NCBI RefSeq assembly: GCF_006345805.1
Contig: NW_021835153.1
Coordinates: forward strand, 1 to 47,489
Reading direction: 5' to 3'
From: Octopus sinensis
Taxonomy: Eukaryota
Length of the DNA: 47,489 bases
Both the position numbers and the translations under genes were made by a program. Position 1 is the stretch's first letter. Every line of letters begins with the position of its first letter. The notes beneath the pieces were generated by a model. It worked only from the letters and a program-made list of their open reading frames with translations, ran no database searches and was not told the DNA's origin. This document shows positions 39,083 through 47,489 of the stretch, piece after piece.

Positions 39083-39584
39083 TTTATTTCATGACTGTTA
39101 TTTCTAAAATGTCACAAATTTAAGTAAAGTGTAAGGTCGGTTAGATGAACATCAGTAATTGATGGGTATTTTATCAACTTTTAAAAAAAGGAAAGGCAAA
39201 GATGAAATCAGCAGGATTCGGATTTAGGAGATGAGTAACCGTAGCTTATTATTTCATGATAATTTAACTAACAGTCAACCGAATCTGCTAAATCCCCTAT
39301 GCATACTTGGTTAAAACTAATAATTGAAAACCTTGTAACTAACTTAATGCTCAAATTTTGTAAGTAACCTAATTGCTCAAATGTTCTAGTCCAGTTGTTT
39401 TATTAATGGATAAACGAAGAGAGGAATACAATAATGGAATTAAATTAAAAGATTAGAAAGAATATAGTGAACTTTCGATTCCGCACTCACCAAAAGTAAC
39501 AGTATTTTTATGCTATGTTAGAATATTCTGAGACATTTTCTAAGAGAAAGAACGTAAGACTCTCAATATAGTTTTTATTGTTTT

Positions 39585-39790
39585 AGCTTCAGTTTAACCC
39601 TGATGGTGTAGACCAATAATTAAAACATCTAAATTATAGCTCACTCATGTCTTGTTTATATATATCAATGATCATATTGTCCAATATATGTTTCCTTTAT
39701 TTAAGATGACAGGATGTTATAAAAGGATATTTGGCTGCTATTTCTAGACAGTTTATCGACCGCGTAGAATTTCATTTGATGGTCTCTTGT
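39585..39790 (+). mobile_element. Interspersed repeat family E (decayed)
   Basis: ATTTGGCTGCTATTTCTAG..CGACCGCGTAGA motif. Confidence 0.65.
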
Positions 39791-40203
39791 CTCTGCCGAA
39801 GGCATCAATTACAAAATTGGTGGCAACTGAAGTGAAAAGTATCGAATAGCCATAGCTATAGACTGGCTAAATAGAAAAGATTTCTTCAACACACGGTTCA
39901 GTTTGCCGGAAGCTCATCTGAACTGTACGTTACTCTCCTAATTGTTTTAATTAAGAAAATTGCATTCGTCTAATTATTCATACGTAAGATTCTAATTAAG
40001 AGAGCTGTCTACAATTAATGATAATTGTCTTCTGACTTCATTATAAATCTTTTCTTGTTCTAATAACAGGAATCATACAAGTCAAGATTTGTAATGTGAG
40101 AAACTTTGTTAGAGTTTCTTGAATAATTAACGAAGTCCTTATGTTTCACTGAAGACGTGTGTGCATCTGTGACTGTGTGTGGGTGTATATATATATATGT
40201 ATT

Positions 40204-40235
<32 letters not shown>

Positions 40236-40449
40236 ATATATATATATATTATATATATATATATATATTATATATATATATATATATTATATATATGTAT
40301 TTGTGTGTGTGTGAGTATATGTTTGTTTGTGTGTGTGCAAGGTGGGAGTAAGGAAAAGGACATTGTGACGTTCATGCTTTCAAATAGAAACGGAGTTTAT
40401 ACAAAATGAATTATCTTCATAGGATACTGAAATTGCATTGCCTTTATTA

Positions 40450-40660
40450 CTTAGCCTTAGTAAACCCCAGCTGAGCGGGGTGCACAACTATGAACAAAGG
40501 TGATCTAGCCGTGTCTATTTTATCTTTATTCTAGATGCAGTGTATCTAGGAATAGACTTTCCAATGAGATTTTCCATTTTTAAGACAGTAGGATATGAAT
40601 GGCTGTTATTTTTAGTAGGTGAAGCGACTGCATACACACCCTACCCTCGGTTTATAGAAA
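40450..40660 (+). mobile_element. Interspersed repeat family E (decayed)
   Basis: CTATGAACAAAGG, GTGTATCTAGGA and TTTAAGACAGTAGG motifs. Confidence 0.65.
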
Positions 40661-40987
40661 TTTAACGTAATTTTTTATGGCAAAGCTAGAGAAACATGAA
40701 AAACACGATTGTTTCGAGTTGTGAAGAGCAATTTTATTTCTGAGTCTTGTCCCGATTCTTCGCGCTCCTTAAGGATTTCGGATCCTAATATATAGTTAGA
40801 GGGAACCCAATACTGATCTAACATATAAAGAAAGAGACACTTGCATTCTTTTACGAGCCATAATAAAAGGTTAAAAGTTCGACGGTTGAAGGAAACAACC
40901 AACGTATAATGACGTCTTTGGTGAATTTAGGTAGGTTTGTATGCCACGGGAAAGAAAGGAATATAACGTTACTAGGTTATCCGTTGG

Positions 40988-41031
<44 letters not shown>

Positions 41032-41611
41032 GACTGATGAATAAAAATCTTCCTTTTCCTTCTTTCAGATCAAGGGATAAGCCCTGATCTTCAAGCCCTG
41101 ATCTCTTCTCTTCACCACAAATTAATCTCAGCCCATTAATTTCCGTATATATTTTCTGTTGTCCTTCGTCAATACAAGTTTTTTTAAAATTAAAATACAA
41201 TATTACCTTTACACGCAACATTAATCCAGGAAGGAACAGGCTAATGAATACGTCTCAATGCAGTGCTTCAACCTGCTAGAAAACAGTCAACTCAGCTCTC
41301 CTACAAATCACACATTACCGTTTTAAAAGAAAGTAAAAGCACGCTAGAACGAAATCACATACTGATATGTACATATGTATATATATACACACACATATAT
41401 ATGTGTGTGTGCGTGCGTATATATATATACACATATATACATATATGTATATATATATGAACACATGTATATATATATGTATATATGTACACACACACAC
41501 ATATATATATCTCTATATATATATACATACATATATACACATATATATGTATATGCATATGTATATATATATGAATATATATATGAATATATATATATAT
41601 ATGTATATGTA

Positions 41612-42152
41612 TACAGGGTGCGTAAGGTATTTGAGGACATACATTTTTGGGTCATTGCTGCATTTTTCGCTAAATCTGTATAATCTTTGTTTCAGAAAAT
41701 AATAATGGCAGACGCTCAACTTATTCAAGCAATGAAGAGATATGCTGTTATTGTGGGTATAAAGGCTGAACATAGCGACTTAGAAATATCTCGATTTTTA
41801 AAATTTGCCATATCTTTCGTCTACAAAGTTTGTAAGGAGCTAGAGCCTAAAGGTTGAAACGTATCACTAGTATCAAAGCATAAAAGCATTCTAAACGCTC
41901 TGAAATGTATCCAGCATGTTCAACAGACCATTGATTACAATCTCAGAAAATCCATGAGGTCAATTGCAAAAAGATCTCCATGTGTCAGAAGGTACAGTCA
42001 GAAATGTTTTCCACGAAGACATCAGATATAAGTTTTATATGATGAGGAAAGGTCAATTTGTCAGAAAATGCAAAAGAAAGTCACTGCATCGGATCTAAAA
42101 GGCTCTCAGACAAACTGAAAAATCTAGCAGATGAAGATTTGATTTGGTTTTT
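41612..42152 (+). mobile_element. Tc1/mariner-superfamily transposon 5' half (DD37D/maT-like): left end plus decayed N-terminal HTH transposase
   Basis: TA-CAGGGTG terminus and ATG at 41705 giving MADAQLIQAMKRYAVIVGIKAEHSDLEISRFLK..FVYKV, ..RKSMRSIAK-DLHVSEGTVRNVFHEDIRYK.Y.MRKGQF and ..KLKN..LIWFF, breaking off just before the first catalytic Asp. Confidence 0.8.
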
Positions 42153-42410
42153 CTATATATACAGAGTCCGGTCAAAAAACGTGTATGCTCTCCAGGAAAG
42201 GAAAAACCTATACAAATAATTTAATTCAGTGTTATTGCAATTTAATAAAACATCGGAACATGGACCTATATTTATAGTTCTTACACAAGTCAAATATTTA
42301 TACAGATTTTTCTTCTCCTGTATACATACATACATACATACATACATACATACATACATGTACGCATGCATACACACACACGTACACACACACACATATA
42401 TATATATATA

Positions 42411-42669
42411 TGTGGAGGTGCGTGGCTTAGTGGTTACAGTGTTGAAATCATGATCGTAAGGTTCGTAAGGTTCGATTCTTGGACCGGGCGATGCGTTGTG
42501 TTCTTGAGCAAAACACTTCAGTTTCATGTAGCTCCAGTCCACTCAGCTGGCAAAAATGAGTAATCCTGCGACAGACCGGCGTCCCGCCCAGGTGGGGAAC
42601 CTATACGCCAAGGAAACCGGGAACCCGGCCCTATGAGCCAGGCGTGGCTCGAGAAGGCACAAACAACAA
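42411..42669 (+). mobile_element. SINE family C, full length with (CAA)n tail
   Basis: A-box TGGCTTAGTGG, B-box GTTCGATTC, tail ATCCTGCGACAGACCGGCGTCCC..GGAAACCGGGAACCCGGCCCTATGAG. Confidence 0.9.
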
Positions 42670-43075
42670 TATATATATATACATATATATATAGGCGTGA
42701 TGGTCATGGCCGAAACTATTTTGATCAAATTTCTAACCGATCAAGAGGTACCCGCAGTAAAGCAGTAACAACGATTTAAAACACCAAAACAACAAACCAC
42801 CACCACCACCAACAACAACACAACAACCACAACAACAACAACAGAAAAAGAAACGAAACGGAGAAAACTCTCGGCAGGATTTGAACCTCAGAACGTAAAT
42901 ATGTAAAAAAAAAACAATGTAAAAAAAAAAGTAAAACAAAACAAAAAAAACCCTGAAAAAATAAACCAACCTAGAAAAAAAAACAAGCAAGGCCTGTAAT
43001 TCGCCATTCTCAGCGTCTCTTCTGTTCCTTCGATCTTCATCGTTTAACGCCTTTAAAATAAAATAAAGATCGATA

Positions 43076-43632
43076 ATGGCGAATCCTTTTGATAGATATT
43101 TTTTGCCTCTGTAAATGAATGAAGATTGCGCGTGTCTTGTCACGTGGACATAAGTGTAGAAGACAAAAGATTCAGCCATCTACAGGAAAGAAGCCCCTCT
43201 CCTTCCCTTCCTTGCTTTCTAACATTGGTCTTTTATTTTTTTTTCCGCACCCATATATATATAATATATATATATATATAGATATATATATATAATATAT
43301 AATATATATATATATATATATAATATATATATATATATATGTATATATATACATGCATGTATGACGCATGTTTAACACGTATGTGTATCTGCATGCATAT
43401 TTATATTCATGGATGCATATGCTCTCACACATGTGTATGGATGCATTATTTGTGTGTGTGTTTGCGTATGCGTGTACGTCTATGTGTGTATATGTCTACG
43501 TATATGTAATTATTTTGTATTTTATCTCAGACTAGAGATAAATGAAAGTAAAAAAAAACACACACACACGCACAAACATAGGCACTGTCTCACATACACA
43601 CAATGCGTCCACAAAAAAACAATATATAACAA

Positions 43633-43678
<46 letters not shown>

Positions 43679-44093
43679 CATGTATGTATGTATGTACGTA
43701 TGTATATATGGATAGAAGAAAGTAAAATGGAAGGAAAGTAGGCAAGAAAGAAAGGAAGAAGAATGGAAGAAAGAGAAATGAAAGATTAGTTCAATCTGAG
43801 AAATAATGTTGTAAGAAGATGTGTCATATAGCCAAAGTAGGAATTTCGCTCTTTTATCTCACTATGATGTCGTATTTCTTCGTTATCAGAACGTATTTAG
43901 GCATCTACATATACGCTACATACACACACACACACACACCACAGACATACACATACACACACTCACACATGCACACACAAACACACACACACATTATAAT
44001 CTGCATGTATATATATGTGTATATATATATATTATATAATTATATACATACATATATTTACATATTTATATACACGTATACATATGACTATAT

Positions 44094-44127
<34 letters not shown>

Positions 44128-44281
44128 ATATATACACATGTTAATATAAATGTATAATGATTTTATATATATATATATATATGCATCTACATACATAAAC
44201 AATACAGAATCATATATGTTTGTATAACGTATATAGAAGTATATGTACGTAATATATATGCATATATATACATATATATGC

Positions 44282-44312
<31 letters not shown>

Positions 44313-44346
44313 CATACATATATATGTATATCAATACATATATATA

Positions 44347-44377
<31 letters not shown>

Positions 44378-45088
44378 GATATACTACGATGTGTGGTAAC
44401 ATGTAGATATTTATTTTTCTTCTCTTCTGATTTCCCTTCGCAGAATAAAACAGAAGATGGAAGCTCTTCAGCGACTGCAAAATTGGAAACCGCGCTACGT
44501 GAAATCGATCGTCTGAGATGTGAAATGAAGAATTTACATATAAAGAAGGAGAAACAGTTTTCTGAAATCTAGAACAACTACAGCATATCAAAGAGGATAA
44601 TTTAGCGTACAGCAGGGAGCTGGAAAACGCGAAGCAGATAATCAAAGCAAAGAATTATAAGATCGCAACGTCTTCAGCAAGAAAGGTCAGATAATGTGAA
44701 GTGTGAAGAACTATTGGTCGTGCTACAGAGCAAGCTGGCGAAGGTACAGAAAGAGAAAATTTACTACGCGGCGTAAGACGCGAAAAAGAGCCGAATGATT
44801 GAAAATTTGAATGAATCATTGTCAGCCTTGAGGGGCAAACTGTAGCTAGGTTTGAAGAAAGTGAGAAAAACATGACTTGAAAATATACGGTGACGTGTCG
44901 AAGATAGATAATGCGGCTGGAATAGACAATGGCTTTTCCAAGATTCAGTCGATTTCGTGTAAAGGATTCGCCGTTGCGAAACGAAAATAAGAGAACTGAG
45001 ACGACAAAACTCACTTCTTCAGAAAGAATCGATTCGTTTGAAAAGCGAGAAAAGAGACACAGTAATAACTACGACAAAACATCAATAA
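43076..45088 (+). pseudogene. Probable two-exon gene relic encoding a coiled-coil protein (exon 1 43076-43185, exon 2 44444-45088)
   Basis: Exon 2 has a strong acceptor (TTTTTCTTCTCTTCTGATTTCCCTTCGCAG) and heptad-rich frames [56 protein letters not shown] and KIRELRRQNSLLQKESIRLKSEK, broken by indels and stops. Exon 1 (ATAATGGCG start, CAG|GAAAGA possible mutated donor) is weaker. Confidence 0.55.
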
Positions 45089-45126
<38 letters not shown>

Positions 45127-45207
45127 TTGATGATGATGATGATGATGATGATGATGAGGACAATAATGGTGATGCTACTGCTGATAATGAAGATGATGAT
45201 GATGATG

Positions 45208-45246
<39 letters not shown>

Positions 45247-45679
45247 TTTGATGGCATGCACTGCTCTCTAACTCTACAACAACAGCAATAATAATAATAA
45301 TAATAAAAATAATAATAACAATAATCTTTTCCTTATTAGCCACAAGGGCTCGGAGAGATACAGAAAAATACATTGGACGCTTAAAAACACTGTGGTTTGC
45401 AATACATGTACTCGACATAGTTACATGAAAACGTACAGAGCGGTGAGGACTTATATCAAAGATAGATTAAAAATTTAACAATATATCAAATAAATATAAT
45501 TTTTTTAGAAAATACAAAAGTAATCAAAAACACGATATAATCGTAAGACAGAAAAAGGAAAAGAAAATCTTTGGAGTTAACCAAAGACATATCTGGAAAG
45601 TTACTGGCTAGATAGAGTCTGAGTTATCCAACAGTTTTGCCTTTCAACCACTGCTATTGCAGTGTTTTGTCTTACTCTT

Positions 45680-45904
45680 GTTTTTTACTTGTTTCAGTCA
45701 TTTGACTGCGGCCATGCTGGAACACCGCCTTTAGTCTAGGAAGTCGACCCAGGACTTATTCTTTGTAAGCCTAGTACTTATTCTATCGGTCTCTTTTTGC
45801 CGAACTGCGAAGTTACGGGGACGTAAACACACGCATCGGTTGTCAAGCGATGTTGGTGGGTACCAACACAGGCACACAAACATATACACGCACATACATA
45901 TGCA

Positions 45905-45958
<54 letters not shown>

Positions 45959-46142
45959 ATATATACTTGTACATGTATATGACGGGCTTCTTTCAGTTTC
46001 CGTCTACCAAATCCACTCACAAGGCTTTGGTCGGCCCGAGGCTATAGTAGAAGACACTTGCCCAAGATGCCACGCAGTGGGACTGAACCCAGAACCATAT
46101 GGCTGGTAAGCAAGCTACTTACCACACAGCCACTCCTGTGCC
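45680..46142 (-). mobile_element. SINE family B, full length
   Basis: Colinear reverse complement of 18056-18468; internal (TA)n. Confidence 0.93.
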
Positions 46143-46734
46143 TGTTGCAACCAAAAGCTATTAACAACATTTTTATGTTGGGTAGGGTGAGAAAATCCCA
46201 ACTTAATCAGGTGCACCTCCTATTAAATGCTTTTATGCTGCTGAGCACATTACTAATATTCTGTATGGTGCTTGTTTGTGTATCTTCTCTTGTGATAAAC
46301 TGTTTTTCCGGATTAATTCACCACCATATGGCGGACTTTGTTTGGAGCGGTGGCCATTAACTGTGAGCTGTACGACGGTGTAAGCCACGATTTTGTCATG
46401 TGATGTGGTCGGCCTTATCACATTTTGTATTTACTTTTCGACACGATAAATTCTTTTTGCAGTAATTTAATTTCCATCTCTGCCCTTCGCGCTCTCTCTG
46501 ATTGTTGGAAAGTCTTGTTCACTTTTTATTTTCTTCCCGCCTCGTCACAACACGATGGAGTGGTGGCGCTGTTGGTAAGTTTCTGAGGGTATCGGATTAA
46601 TCAGTAGCTAGAAGTTCTTCGCTAAGTTTGAAAACACATTGTTGAAATACGGGAGGGTGGGGGTTATTCCAGGATACTTTTCTCCCGTTTGATATCTTTG
46701 TCTGAAGCTAGTTTGATACATCTCAGTTTTTTGT

Positions 46735-46938
46735 TATATTCAAGCTTTGCTCCAACAAATCGACTCTAGTGCTTATTCTATCGGCCTCTTTTGTCGAGCT
46801 GCTAAGTTCTGGGGACGTAAACACACCAACACCGGTTTTCAAGCGGTAATGGGGAAAACAGACACAAACACAAAGACACACACACGCACAAATGCACGTA
46901 CACATAAAGACACACACATACACAAAGACACACACACA
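46735..46938 (-). mobile_element. SINE family B 3' half
   Basis: GGGGACGTAAACACACC..GGTTTTCAAGCG followed by (CA)n. Confidence 0.82.
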
Positions 46939-46954
46939 TTTATTAATGACTTTT

Positions 46955-47293
46955 AGGCACACGGTATTTCGTTATGTAACCATAATATCACATGATCATA
47001 TGACCGACCAGGCCATCAGATGTTGCTATACATCGCTGGTCACAATGCGCTTCGCATTGTTTTCACCCCGCTTAGCTACTCCGCTGGCTAAGCGAGCAGG
47101 CCAAGAGAAGAAAGAATGAGAGAAAGTTGGGGTGAAATAGTTCAGCAGGGATCACCACCACTCCCTGTCGGAGCCTCGTGGAGCTTTAGGTGTTTTCGCT
47201 CATTAAACACTCACAACGCCCGGTCTGGGAATCGAAACTGCGTTCTTACGACCGCGAGTCCGCTGCCCTAACTACTGGGCCATTACACCTCCA
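46955..47293 (-). mobile_element. SINE family D (tRNA-derived head, distinct body)
   Basis: Reverse complement GGAGGTGTAATGGCCCAGTAGTTAGGGCAGCGGACTCGCGGTC..GTTTCGATTCCCAGACC, then a body ending ..CATCTGATGGCCTGGTCGGTCA. Confidence 0.82.
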
Positions 47294-47489
47294 TGTAGCC
47301 ATAATATTATGTAACCATAATATATTTAAGCATGTTCTACTGTGTTAGCAGTGCCCTTTTATAATTATACTAATGCGTCCATCTGTTTTAATTGAATTAA
47401 ATTCTATGTCTTTGTGCACCTGAAGATTGTTCTACATTTTAAATTGAGTAATGATTACATTGTTCAATTAAATGGAGTTGCAATAAAAC

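Noticed and set aside
39935-40050. Cluster of TAAT/ATTA homeodomain-like sites
   Set aside because: Expected at this AT content; no conservation data available.
46150-46430. Minus-strand MCSAA*KHLIGGAP resembling a LINE CCHC knuckle
   Set aside because: Only partial motif agreement; not supportable.

Overview
AT-rich, repeat-saturated eukaryotic DNA. The microsatellite load and the tRNA-derived SINE families resemble an octopod cephalopod genome (inference from pattern recognition; no database search was possible). No intact protein-coding gene can be supported, and most ORF-track entries are translations of simple repeats. Mobile DNA: at least four tRNA-derived SINE families (called A-D here), an unclassified repeat family E, Dong/R4-type non-LTR retroelement fragments inserted in (TAA)n tracts, Penelope-like element (PLE) remnants including a GIY-YIG domain and hammerhead-ribozyme motifs, and Tc1, DD37D/maT, mariner and pogo/Tigger DNA-transposon remnants. 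Several unique stretches carry splice signals and frame-consistent but disrupted reading frames: a multi-exon relic near 5.0-6.9 kb, a Sema-like relic near 19.5-20.2 kb, an exon pair near 35.5 kb and a two-exon coiled-coil relic at 43.1-45.1 kb. The most notable structures are a 142-bp palindrome with a hammerhead motif on each strand (24374-24515), SINE-A multimers sharing a recurrent AAGAAATA(G/A)|GTAYTT junction, and serial retroelement insertions into (TAA)n tracts that are themselves SINE tails. Homopolymer indels suggest imperfect assembly polishing, so pseudogene versus sequencing error cannot be resolved here.
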